Of a stretch of DNA of 57,807 nucleotides, positions 17,354-26,482 are shown in pieces. The position numbers and the translations under genes were made by a program. Each line of letters starts with the position of its first letter. Position 1 is the first letter of the stretch. Below the pieces are notes generated by a model that was not told the DNA's origin, did not search any database, and saw nothing but the letters and a program-made list of their open reading frames with translations. Source of the DNA: an uncultured Gammaproteobacteria bacterium (GTDB taxonomy: Bacteria > Patescibacteriota > Microgenomatia > Daviesbacterales > UBA10151); NCBI GenBank assembly GCA_964422835.1, contig CAYRCR010000004.1, positions 1 to 57,807 of the forward strand. Direction: 5' to 3'.

Positions 17354-19792
17354 ATGATAAACCTTTCACGAAACACACCAATAGCTTTAGTCGTGGGAGC
17401 GGCAGGGTTTATCGGTTCCAGTGTGGCAGATAAACTCCTGGAAAAGGGTATCCAGGTAGTGGGGGTGGATAATTTATCCACCGGGAAAAAAGAAAACCTT
17501 GATACCGCTTCCCGCTCTAAAAAGTTCCACTTTCTAAACCAGGATATGGGCAGTTTGCTGCCGGTTGATTTGCCCAGGCTTGACTATGCCTATTTTATTA
17601 TTTCCGAAACATCTGATAGGGACGATTACTGTGGGGCTTTGGATAATTTTTTAAAGGTTTGCAATAATTTCTTACCCAAAATTGTGCTTACTTCATCGAT
17701 TGATCTATATGGGGAAAAGGGCGAAAGTGCGGTTTTGCAAATGGCGGAAAGACGCATAGCAGAATTTACCAAAGAGAAAAACGCCAATGCCAGGGTGGTG
17801 AGACTGGCCTCTGTTTTTGGACCAAGGATGCATTTTAGGGGAACCGACCCGATTTTGAAACTGATTTTTGCCGCAGCCACGGATGCTTTACAAAAAGAGC
17901 CCACGCCTCTGGATTTTACCACCCGTGCGCTGTATATTGCTGATGTTGCGGACTTACTTCTTAAATCAACCCTGCATGGGGCAACCGCCCAAAAAATCTA
18001 CGACGGCGCGAGGCTTGTTCCTGTGAAAGTAGCAGAAATTAAACAGGTGCTGCTTGATCCTGTCTGGCATGAGATGAAAAAGTTTGAGCCGACAGAACTT
18101 CCTCCCTGGAATAGTCCAAATTTGGAAAAAACCGTATCGGAGCTTTCCTGGAAACCTAAAGCCAAACTGGTTGAAGCTTTGAAAAGCACGTTGCATTTTC
18201 TGCTGAATAATCCCGGATATTTGGAAGCTCAAGGTGGCGCAGGCTGGCCGGAGCAGGAAGAAAAGGCTGACAACGAGAAAAACAAAGAAAGGGAACAACT
18301 CATAAAAGAATTCAGGATGGGTGAGAGGGAAGTAAAAAAAAATGTGGACAAAATCAATATGGAAGGGCCTTTTAAGTTTATGCTTACTCTGGTTATTTTA
18401 GCTTTATTTACTGCAGCAGTTATTTACCCGGCAGGCGCCCTTGCCTGGAATTACATTTCAATAGGGCAATATACAAAGCAGGGGGAGAATGCCTCCGGGG
18501 AACATAATTTTGCCAATATGCTTTTCCTTTTTGAAAAGGCAGATAAAGCTGAAGCTGAAGTAAAAGGAGCCCTGGCTTCTTTTAAAAGGTTAGATGTCGG
18601 GGGAATATTGCCGGGAAATATCACTTCAGACCTTGATGTTTTATCTGCCAAACGAAGTACCGCCAGGGGAGAAAGGGAAATTATGGAAGCCTTGCAGGTT
18701 ATTTCAGGTGGGGGAAAAGGTGATGAAATAAGCCGGCACCTGGAACGGGCGGATGCTTATTTTGCCAAAGCAGAGCAAAAAATAAGTAATTTAGGCGGTG
18801 ATACATTCTATATCGAGAGGGTAAGGAAAGCGGTTGCATTTTTACCCAAAATAATTCCGCAGTCGGGGGAGAAAATTTACCTGATAGTTTTGTTTGATGA
18901 AAATAATTTGAAAATCGGAGGAGGGGAAATTAAATCATTATCAGAAGCTAAATTTAAGGACGGAAAACTTCTGGAAATAAAGGAAGATAGTATGAATTTG
19001 AATAAACAGGTTTTATCTGTCATGGCCGAGCCTGATTTCCCAAGCTCCGCTAAAACAATTTTGGCACTCTTTCAAAGCCAAACCGGTCGGGCAGCGGATG
19101 GAGTGATAGCCTGGGACAACGTTGCAGCCCAGGATTTAAATGAGTTATTTTATCTTCCGGGCAGGAACTTCTTATTTGCCCTGTGGGGGCCAAACGAAGC
19201 ATTTGCCGGTAAACACACGGTTGCATACATGGTAGATCCGGAGATAGAAAGTTATCTGTTATCCGAAAATTTTGGGGGCCGGATGTTTCTGGAACCAAAA
19301 GAAAAGGATGGGATGAGGCGGGATTTTTTGTCAGTGTTGACGGAAGGAGTACCTCTTCACAAAATTGGGGTGGAGAAAATAATTAATACTGACGGAAAGG
19401 TTACAACAAAACTGGTTTTAAGTAGTTTGGGCGCAAATTTTGGCAAGGTTAGGGTATACCTTGAGGTGGGGGAGCAGCTTATAAACTTAAATGCCAAGTC
19501 TTTGTCCGATTTTGGCAGGGTAGGGTATGAGTTTGAAAATGTGGGAGCAGAGAATTTAGTTTTAGAGTTTACCAGCCAAAAGAAGGCGGATTTTACAAAG
19601 GGAAAGCTGGATTATATTCTTGATATAGCCAAACAAGTGGGGGCGGGCAGTACTCCTTTGGAATTTAAGCTGCGCTATCCGGCAGGGTATAGTGCAAAAT
19701 CTGGAGGGGGAGAGGCTAATATTCCCCAGGAACTTTCCTTTACCTCGGATCTTGCCCAAGATAGAGACTTTGACATTATCCTTGCGCAGTAG
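17354..19792 (+). CDS. Fusion protein: N-terminal NAD-dependent sugar epimerase/dehydratase, a TM helix, and a large C-terminal domain of about 450 aa and unknown function
   Basis: The Rossmann motif 'VVGAAGFIGSSV' opens the protein. A hydrophobic helix 'FKFMLTLVILALFTAAVIYPAGALAW' lies near residue 350. I recognise no motif after that. Confidence 0.6.
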   Translation: MINLSRNTPIALVVGAAGFIGSSVADKLLEKGIQVVGVDNLSTGKKENLDTASRSKKFHFLNQDMGSLLPVDLPRLDYAYFIISETSDRDDYCGALDNFLKVCNNFLPKIVLTSSIDLYGEKGESAVLQMAERRIAEFTKEKNANARVVRLASVFGPRMHFRGTDPILKLIFAAATDALQKEPTPLDFTTRALYIADVADLLLKSTLHGATAQKIYDGARLVPVKVAEIKQVLLDPVWHEMKKFEPTELPPWNSPNLEKTVSELSWKPKAKLVEALKSTLHFLLNNPGYLEAQGGAGWPEQEEKADNEKNKEREQLIKEFRMGEREVKKNVDKINMEGPFKFMLTLVILALFTAAVIYPAGALAWNYISIGQYTKQGENASGEHNFANMLFLFEKADKAEAEVKGALASFKRLDVGGILPGNITSDLDVLSAKRSTARGEREIMEALQVISGGGKGDEISRHLERADAYFAKAEQKISNLGGDTFYIERVRKAVAFLPKIIPQSGEKIYLIVLFDENNLKIGGGEIKSLSEAKFKDGKLLEIKEDSMNLNKQVLSVMAEPDFPSSAKTILALFQSQTGRAADGVIAWDNVAAQDLNELFYLPGRNFLFALWGPNEAFAGKHTVAYMVDPEIESYLLSENFGGRMFLEPKEKDGMRRDFLSVLTEGVPLHKIGVEKIINTDGKVTTKLVLSSLGANFGKVRVYLEVGEQLINLNAKSLSDFGRVGYEFENVGAENLVLEFTSQKKADFTKGKLDYILDIAKQVGAGSTPLEFKLRYPAGYSAKSGGGEANIPQELSFTSDLAQDRDFDIILAQ

Positions 19793-19835
19793 CTTCAGAT
19801 ATGTTAAATTACGTTGTTACGGGTATACTTAATAT

Positions 19836-20624
19836 ATGGACAGAATTCCTTTAAAGGCTGTGGAACGTGAAATACTTGGTAAAAAAGTGGCCAGGCTCCG
19901 CCGTGATGGTTTAATCCCGGCCCATGTTTTTGGCAACAAAATTGAAACTGAACATGTGTCAGTCAATACTTTGGAGTTTAAAAAAGTTTACAGTGAGGCA
20001 GGGGAGACAGGTTTGGTTGATTTAAAAATAGGCGGCAGAAACCTGCCTGCCGGCAGGCAGGAAGTCCGTCCGGTACTGATCCGTGAAGTCCAACTCGATC
20101 CTTTGACAGATGCTCCACTTCATGTTGATTTTTACCAGGTCAATTTGTCGGAAAAAGTAACAGTGGCGGTTCCGGTGAGCCTAATTGGGGACGAACCGGA
20201 GATTGTCCATACCGGCGAAGCTGTTGTTATCCAACCTCTTATGGAAGTTGAAGTTGAGGCTTTACCGGATAATTTACCGGAAAAAATTGAAGTTGATATT
20301 ACTACACTTCGCGCCATTGATGATGCAATATTGGTTTCTAGCTTGAAGGTGCCGGAAGGTGTGACAGTTGTGACTGACCCTGAAGCGGTGGTGGTAAAAC
20401 TTGATAATGCTGTGACAGAAGAGATGAAGAAGCTAATGGAAGAGCAGGCGGCAGAACAAGCTGCAGCGGCTGCCGCCCCGCCAGCCGGCGGGGAAGCTGC
20501 TGCTGAGGGAGAAGCTCCTGCAGAAGGTGAGATTACGGAAGGTGAAGCTGCGGAGGGCAATGGTCCTGAAGAATCGAAGGGCGAGGCAGAAAAAAAACCA
20601 GCCGAAGAAAAATCCAGACAATAA
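19836..20624 (+). CDS. rplY: 50S ribosomal protein L25/Ctc with an Ala/Glu-rich C-terminal tail
   Basis: 'GKKVARLRRDGLIPAHVFG' is the L25 N-terminal signature. The C-terminal 70 aa are low complexity (A/E/G). Confidence 0.85.
   Translation: MDRIPLKAVEREILGKKVARLRRDGLIPAHVFGNKIETEHVSVNTLEFKKVYSEAGETGLVDLKIGGRNLPAGRQEVRPVLIREVQLDPLTDAPLHVDFYQVNLSEKVTVAVPVSLIGDEPEIVHTGEAVVIQPLMEVEVEALPDNLPEKIEVDITTLRAIDDAILVSSLKVPEGVTVVTDPEAVVVKLDNAVTEEMKKLMEEQAAEQAAAAAAPPAGGEAAAEGEAPAEGEITEGEAAEGNGPEESKGEAEKKPAEEKSRQ
20042..20061. repeat. Perfect 20-bp palindrome inside rplY
   Basis: CCTGCCTGCCGGCAGGCAGG reads identically on both strands. It encodes 'LPAGRQ' within the L25 body. Confidence 0.9.
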
Positions 20625-20632
20625 ATTCATTC

Positions 20633-21481
20633 ATGGAAAGAATAAAAGTGCCTGATTGGCACGCTTTTTTATCTGATGCGGAAATGACAGGCGCATTAAC
20701 ACATACCCCCCCGGGTAAAGCTCCTAATTCATGGAAAACTACACTAAGAATCATCCAAATTTATGGCAGAACTCCATTGACAGTGACAGATTTAAGTGAA
20801 ATATTTTCTCCGCGGATAAGCCGTCAGGCTGTTGACGTCCGTTTGCGTACAGGTGTCCGGATAATACATGGGAGGCTGCCGCAGGGAATTCAGGGAAAAT
20901 ATTCTTTAGAAGGTCTTTTAAAATCCAAACCGGAGTCCCTTTCTAAGAGGGTTGCCAGATCTATCAGAGTAAATGGTTTGGCTGGAGCGGTGGTTGAGGG
21001 TATGAATAAAACAGGGGGAGATGTAGCCCAAGCTATGCAAGTATTGGACTTCACAAACCCCCGCCAAAAAATAGTATTGAAAAACAGACTAAGAGCCTGG
21101 GGACTGCTGGGAAAATCAGTTGTGGCGGAAAGTCTTGATTTAATTGATAAATTAAGGGATTCCGGCGTACCGATTGAAGAAAAGCGGCGGCTTCTTGCGG
21201 GTGTTAAACACCATACTTTACAAATTCATAAAGGCGGGGAAGATCCCCTTTTTATCTCAGTCCAAAAATTGACACAAAGAGCCAATTTGACGTGTGGTCC
21301 GGGTAGCATGAGAATGAGAGAGATTGTTAATTGTCTTAGGAGAGCAAAATTATTAGGGTCCACACCTCATTATATTGATGGCCGGGATGTCTATTATCAT
21401 TTTGTTTTAGCCAAAGATACAGAACCATTGAAAGTGTTAGCCGAGACGTTTTTTGAACCCCAAGCGGTAAAAGTGAGTTAA
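20633..21481 (+). CDS. Hypothetical protein (282 aa), possibly with an HTH
   Basis: The ORF is intact. The segment 'LTVTDLSEIFSPRISRQAVDVRLRTG' looks like a sigma-region-4/HTH element. No firm family. Confidence 0.45.
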   Translation: MERIKVPDWHAFLSDAEMTGALTHTPPGKAPNSWKTTLRIIQIYGRTPLTVTDLSEIFSPRISRQAVDVRLRTGVRIIHGRLPQGIQGKYSLEGLLKSKPESLSKRVARSIRVNGLAGAVVEGMNKTGGDVAQAMQVLDFTNPRQKIVLKNRLRAWGLLGKSVVAESLDLIDKLRDSGVPIEEKRRLLAGVKHHTLQIHKGGEDPLFISVQKLTQRANLTCGPGSMRMREIVNCLRRAKLLGSTPHYIDGRDVYYHFVLAKDTEPLKVLAETFFEPQAVKVS

Positions 21482-21494
21482 ATTTGCGGTAAAT

Positions 21495-23639
21495 TCAGGC
21501 ACAAGATTCAACAGGCCAATGGGCAAGCAGAATTGATCCTTCCTGAGAAAATTTTTGCCAAAGTTCCTCAGAGATAAATGGCATGAATGGATGGAGAAGC
21601 AATAAACAGGTTTTGAAAACATACTCCAAACATGGCTGAGCTTCATTTCTCCTTTTTTTTGACCATTCCACATAACTATCGGCAAACTTATGCCAAATAA
21701 AATCATAAAGTTCATCAACCGCCAAATGGAGTTGATAATTTTCCAGGTGTTTAGTAACTATATCCACTAATCCATTTAGATATTGGATGATTTCAGTATC
21801 CTCATTGTGTGAGAAATCAGAAGAAGTTTTGGCATCTTCCGGCTTTAATTCGTAAATAAACTTGTAAATATTTTTTAGTTTTGTGCCAAAATTCCTGAAG
21901 TTTTTGCATCTTTCATCCATTAGCTGCCTTGAGGTTTTACCATCCCGGCCGGGGATGGAATAAGTGTAAAGCGCCATCCGGACAGCGTCCGTACCCCAAG
22001 CCTCCCGTAGGACATTGGGGTCAATGCCGTTACCCAAGGATTTGGAAAACTTGCGGCCCTCAAGGTCGCGTAACATGCCATGGAAGAACATGTTTTTAAA
22101 AGGGACTTGTTTTTTAAAATATAGGGAAATCATAATCATCCGGGCAATCCAGAGATATTTTATTTCCGGGGCAGTAATCTCAAAATCCCAGGGAAAATAT
22201 CTTTTCACTTCCTCGCTCTTCTCTGGCCAGCCCAAAGTGGAAATGGGCCAAAGGCCCGAGGAAAACCAGGTATCAAGTAATTTTTCTTCCTGTACCCAAC
22301 CCTCACCCGGAGATTCCAGTGACACTTTTATCTCATCGCCCCGGTACCAAATGGGAATCCTGTGTCCCCACCACAAAGACCTTGAAATACACCAGTCATG
22401 AATATTTTTGAGCCAATCGGTTAAAATCTTGGCATAGGATTTGGGGTAAAAATTAATCTGGCCCGCTTTAATGGCCTCTATTGCCGGTATGGCCAAAGTC
22501 TCCATTTTGACAAACCATTCCTCGGAGATAAGTGGTTCGACGACGGTTTTACATCTTTCACAAACTGGCACCGAATGAGTGTATTCTTCCTCTTTTTCAA
22601 TAGCACCGCTTTCTCTTAAGATTTCAACCGCCTTGGTTCTTGCTTCCTCGATTTTTAAGCCAGCTAAGTCTCCAGCAAGTTCCGTCATCCGGCCGGTTTT
22701 ATCGATTGCATGTAAGATGGGTAAATTGTTGTCTTTGCCTATTTCAAAATCCAAAGGATCATGCCCCGGGGTAATCTTTAAGGCTCCTGTGCCAAATTCT
22801 TTATCAACCCGTCTGTCTTCAATTATCTGCACGCGATTGCCCCCGACCCCTTTTTCTTTATAGAGGGGTTTTTCAGCTTCTTGCCCAATATACTGTTTGT
22901 ATTTCGGATGATTTGGGTAGACTGCAATTGCTACATCGGCGTAGATAGTTTCAGGACGGCCTGTGGCAATTGTAACGTATTCATTTGTACCTCGGCCAAC
23001 GATTCGGTACTTTATGAAATATAGCTTCTCCTTTTTCTCCTGGTATTCCATTTCCACATCTTCAATGGCAGTGCCGCATTTGGGGCACCATTCTACAATG
23101 TAGGTCCCTTTATAAATAAGGCCCGCGTCATAGTAAGTTTTAAATTCCTCAAAAACTGCTTTTTGCCTCTTTTCATCAAAAGTAAAAACTTCCCTGGACC
23201 AGTCAGCAGAAATTCCAAAAACTGTCCAGTTACTCCGAAATGATTCATAGACCTCGTCTTTAAACTGCCAGGCCCTTTTAAGCCAGGCTTCCCGGCCTAA
23301 TTTTCTTTTTGATAATCCCTCTTTAGTCAAAAGTTTTTCCAGGGCTCCCTCGAAGGCAATGCCGGCATGATCAACTCCGGGTAAAAGCAAAACATCGTAT
23401 CCCTGCATTCTTCTGAACCGGGCTGTAGCGTCCAAAATGGCATGTTGCATGGCATGGCCCAAGTGCAGTTCCCCTGTTAAATTGGGGGGAGGCATGAGGA
23501 GTGAGTATGGTTTTTTTAAAGATGAGGGGTCAGCCCGAAACAGGCCATTTTCTTCCCAAAATTTATAAATGGATGTTTCATCCATTTTCAAGCTCTGCTT
23601 ATACCAGTCTTGTTCCGTTTCCTGATTATCAGTTTTCAT
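21495..23639 (-). CDS. valS: Valine--tRNA ligase (short form lacking the C-terminal coiled coil)
   Basis: 'PPPNLTGELHLGHA' is the HIGH region, 'PGVDHAGIA' is present, and 'KFSKSLGN' is the KMSKS motif. Confidence 0.88.
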   Translation of the reverse strand: MKTDNQETEQDWYKQSLKMDETSIYKFWEENGLFRADPSSLKKPYSLLMPPPNLTGELHLGHAMQHAILDATARFRRMQGYDVLLLPGVDHAGIAFEGALEKLLTKEGLSKRKLGREAWLKRAWQFKDEVYESFRSNWTVFGISADWSREVFTFDEKRQKAVFEEFKTYYDAGLIYKGTYIVEWCPKCGTAIEDVEMEYQEKKEKLYFIKYRIVGRGTNEYVTIATGRPETIYADVAIAVYPNHPKYKQYIGQEAEKPLYKEKGVGGNRVQIIEDRRVDKEFGTGALKITPGHDPLDFEIGKDNNLPILHAIDKTGRMTELAGDLAGLKIEEARTKAVEILRESGAIEKEEEYTHSVPVCERCKTVVEPLISEEWFVKMETLAIPAIEAIKAGQINFYPKSYAKILTDWLKNIHDWCISRSLWWGHRIPIWYRGDEIKVSLESPGEGWVQEEKLLDTWFSSGLWPISTLGWPEKSEEVKRYFPWDFEITAPEIKYLWIARMIMISLYFKKQVPFKNMFFHGMLRDLEGRKFSKSLGNGIDPNVLREAWGTDAVRMALYTYSIPGRDGKTSRQLMDERCKNFRNFGTKLKNIYKFIYELKPEDAKTSSDFSHNEDTEIIQYLNGLVDIVTKHLENYQLHLAVDELYDFIWHKFADSYVEWSKKRRNEAQPCLEYVFKTCLLLLHPFMPFISEELWQKFSQEGSILLAHWPVESCA

Positions 23640-23826
23640 AAAAATGTGTTATTGCCAGTAAATATGGGAGGGTTGCATGAGTTAACCACTCATCACATTC
23701 ACCCGGTATATATACTCCTCCCTTACTGATTAAATCTACTTGTCCGAGTTCTACGTTTTCGTCTTCATTCGTGATGACAATTGGTTCTGAAAGTATTAAT
23801 AATGATTGAAATTGCTCTTTGCCCAT
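23629..23826 (-). CDS. Small hypothetical protein (65 aa)
   Basis: ORF evidence only. It overlaps the valS start by 11 nt. No motif. Confidence 0.3.
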   Translation of the reverse strand: MGKEQFQSLLILSEPIVITNEDENVELGQVDLISKGGVYIPGECDEWLTHATLPYLLAITHFYEN

Positions 23827-23884
23827 ACAGGGCTAAGTATAGGGTTTAGAGGTATTATGGTCAACTGTTGCCTAAATTATCTTT

Positions 23885-25174
23885 CTATCCAGACAGTGAC
23901 AGGTTGGGGTTGGCTTGGAGGGTTAGGGGATCGGCTGGTTTAAAATTATAGAAAGCAGCCGCTGCGATGTAAGCTGCATTGTCTGTACAAAGAGATGGGG
24001 GAGGCATGAACACAGTTCGCGCTTGCGCGCTAAAAACCCCGGCATGTGGTATTTTTAATTTAGCCTTTGCAACGAGCTGACTGGACAACATTTGGTTGGC
24101 AGCCACCCCTCCGGCCACGACAATTTGGGTCACATTATTAACTTTTGTGGCCTGAATAGTTTTTGTGATCAATACATCAAGGATGGCTTGTTGTATAGAG
24201 GCGCAGAGATTATTCATTATTTGTTCTCGCTCGGGGTCCTGCCGCTCCAGTTTCCCGTCGTCCGTCCTCATCGTCATTGCGGGCGCGGCGTCGGGAGCCC
24301 TCTTGCGCGTCACCCCTCGCTCCATTTCCTGAACTAAATTAAGTACCGCTGTTTTGAGTCCCGAAAAAGAGAAGTCAAAATCTTTGGAATTAATCATTGG
24401 CCGGGGTAATTTGTAGGCTTTGGGGTTGCCTTTTTCTGCCAGTTTGGAAATAATGGGGCCTCCGGGGTATCCTAAACCCAAAAGCCTGGCGCACTTATCA
24501 AAACATTCTCCGGCCGCATCATCCCGTGTTCCTCCTAAATATTCATACTTGCCATGACTCTTAAAGAGAACCAGGTCTGTATGCCCTCCGGAAACAAGAA
24601 GGCCAATACAGGGGAAGCTGGGGGTTATAGGAGCTTCTCGATTCGAAGACTCTCTCGAAGAAGAACTATTGTTCGAGCGCAGTCGAGAACTTTCCTCTTG
24701 TTGTATCCAATTTGCATAAAAATGACCCAGTAAGTGATTGACCGGCACTAAAGGTTTTTGCCAGATTATGGATAAGACCTTGGCAGTTTCAACACCAACG
24801 AGTAGTGAGCCGATCAGTCCCGGGCCTTCTGTTACAGCAATGGCATCTATTTTGGAAATGAGATGTGAGAGGTGAGATGTTTTTGATATCGAATTCTTAA
24901 TATCAAGATCTCTTGACTTCAAAGAATCAGGTTCACACTTCTCATTTCCCACTTCAAAAGCTCTAAGCAGTGTTTCTTCAATAACCGGAATAATGGATTT
25001 TAACTGTTCCCGGGCAGCCTGTTCCGGGATAACCCCACCATATTTAGACTGCAGATCAGCCGAGGAGGCGACGATATTGGATAATAAAGTTACTCTATCT
25101 CCCTCTTTTTGAACGACTGCAGCAGCCGTTTCATCACAACTACTCTCTATTCCCAGGATTATTTTTGGTTTCAT
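23885..25174 (-). CDS. tsaD: tRNA N6-adenosine threonylcarbamoyltransferase TsaD carrying three insertion segments
   Basis: 'ILGIESSCDETAAAVV', 'GPGLIGSLLVG', 'LLVSGGHTDL' and 'FSFSGLKT' are conserved TsaD/Kae1 blocks. The product is 429 aa, compared with about 340 aa for typical TsaD. Confidence 0.9.
   Translation of the reverse strand: MKPKIILGIESSCDETAAAVVQKEGDRVTLLSNIVASSADLQSKYGGVIPEQAAREQLKSIIPVIEETLLRAFEVGNEKCEPDSLKSRDLDIKNSISKTSHLSHLISKIDAIAVTEGPGLIGSLLVGVETAKVLSIIWQKPLVPVNHLLGHFYANWIQQEESSRLRSNNSSSSRESSNREAPITPSFPCIGLLVSGGHTDLVLFKSHGKYEYLGGTRDDAAGECFDKCARLLGLGYPGGPIISKLAEKGNPKAYKLPRPMINSKDFDFSFSGLKTAVLNLVQEMERGVTRKRAPDAAPAMTMRTDDGKLERQDPEREQIMNNLCASIQQAILDVLITKTIQATKVNNVTQIVVAGGVAANQMLSSQLVAKAKLKIPHAGVFSAQARTVFMPPPSLCTDNAAYIAAAAFYNFKPADPLTLQANPNLSLSG
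24854..24960. repeat. MITE-like palindromic repeat, copy C (inverted orientation, in frame inside tsaD)
   Basis: The reverse complement 'CTTTTGAAGTGGGAAATGAGAAGTGTGAA...GATATCAAAAACATCTCACCTCTCACATCTCATTTCC' aligns with copy A. It encodes roughly 'FEVGNEKCEPDSLKSRDLDIKNSISKTSHLSHLIS'. Confidence 0.75.
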
Positions 25175-25202
25175 GTTGCTATTGTACCAAATCCCAAAAA
25201 TT

Positions 25203-25576
25203 TTTAACCCCGACGGTACTGAAGTCTTTTCTTTAAAAGATTTTCGCGGTACCCGCCCTCTCTTTTGTGTTTTTCCTCAACAGCATTAATTTGTTTATCT
25301 AAGTCTTTCTAAACGGACGATGTCCCCAAAATCTTCCAGGACTTCCACGCTTGAAGCTTTGGCTACATCGTATAATTTGAGCTTGGAAGATAGACTTCTT
25401 TCTGCCGAACCTTCGACTATATTTTGTTTATAGGAACGGAGGGCCTGTTTTATTTAGTCCCTTTGCCTGGAGTCTTCATATTTAGAATAATATTTGGGTA
25501 CAAAATCCCAGCCTAAATCAAAAGCAAGTTGGGCCAACTTATAGCTAATGAGGGATCTGTGCCCAGCCTCTGCCAT
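25203..25576 (-). pseudogene. Disrupted four-helix-bundle protein gene (23S rRNA IVS-protein-like family)
   Basis: The minus-strand translation reads 'MAEAGHRSLISYKLAQLAFDLGWDFVPKYYSKYEDSRQRD*IKQALRSYKQNIVEGSAERSLSSKLKLYDVAKASSVEVLEDF'. It contains in-frame stops, and the track shows no intact ORF here. Confidence 0.45.
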
Positions 25577-26220
25577 AAAATCAGCATAGCATAAAAAATT
25601 TAATAGAATTCGGGTTGTGTAATTTGCTATAATCTAGTCAATGGGTGAGATAGTTCTATTTCCGTGCGGGATAATTCCATTTCAAAGACCTGAAGTTAAA
25701 GGGTGTGTTAAAGGGCTTGAAGTTGAAGGAGGTTTTTATGTTGATCCTGAAGCTGAAGGGAGGATCACCCAAGAGGTTTTGGAGGAAACTAGAGGAGGTG
25801 CTTTTAATATAGGGGGGTTGCGGGGGTGTCAACGGTGGGCGAATTCTTCAGCCCCCAGAGCTCAAATAATTGAGTTTAGAAAAGAGCCCGAATTCCCCTA
25901 GCCAGAAATATTACAACAATCAACGATCGTTCAGTATTGTAAGATTTATGACACAATCCCATCTCCGAGGCGGGAGTTTCTGGATTATCCCCCGAAATCG
26001 TTGAGTTTTATATTTATATAACGGGCTCGTTTATGAGATTAATCTTAAAGAGAAAATAATTAAGTGATTGACATAAAAATTGTTTTAGGGGATTAGTCTA
26101 GTTTCATTACGCTTCAATTATGAAATTCAGGGTTGATGAAAGAATATTTTAAATTAAAATTCTTTTGGGTCAATTAAAACAAGATCAAAATTGGGGTAGG
26201 TTGAGGTATAAACTAGCCTG

Positions 26221-26469
26221 GTGGGGGTTTCAATGCCCATCGCTTTAAAAATTGGCGGATATATCCTTCTGGATATTGGGGTTGCAGAAACATATATTTT
26301 GGATTTTGAAAAAAATATTTACGATAGATGGATTTCGGTAAGTTTAATTAAGAAAATCCGCAACAATAAAAAATTTCCTTCTGCCAAAGGATTAATTATC
26401 CAAATGAAAAAAGATGAATCAGAAGCAAAAAAATATTTTGAATACCACGGCGTTTCCAGGAAACTTTAG
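26221..26469 (+). pseudogene. Riboflavin kinase C-terminal fragment (5'-truncated remnant of a ribF-like gene)
   Basis: 'ETYILDFEKNIYDRWISVSLIKKIRNNKKFPSAKGLIIQMKKDESEAKKYF' resembles the end of the riboflavin kinase domain. The frame is closed by TAA at 26209..26211, so the N-terminal two-thirds is missing. Confidence 0.45.
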
Positions 26470-26482
26470 TTTAAGATTAAAG

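Noticed and set aside
20132-20560. A 142-aa minus-strand ORF inside rplY
   Set aside because: It is the antisense of the Ala/Glu-rich L25 tail, and its composition (Ser/Ala/Thr) is an artefact of the repeat-like coding strand.
25641-25901. An 86-aa plus-strand ORF in the decayed region downstream of tsaD
   Set aside because: Internally repetitive DNA (CCTGAAGTT, CTTGAAGTT and CCTGAAGCTGAAGG) generates the frame. It has no ribosome-binding site or recognisable motif and lies amid pseudogene debris, so I did not call it as a gene.
26088-26160. 'GGGGATTAGTCTAGTTTCATTACGCTTCAATTATGAAATTCAGGGTTGATG', considered as a possible tRNA or small RNA
   Set aside because: - There is no T-loop consensus (GTTCRANYC).
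- No complementary acceptor 3' strand is present.
- No cloverleaf can be drawn by eye. It contains only a simple local hairpin (TTTCAT...ATGAAA).
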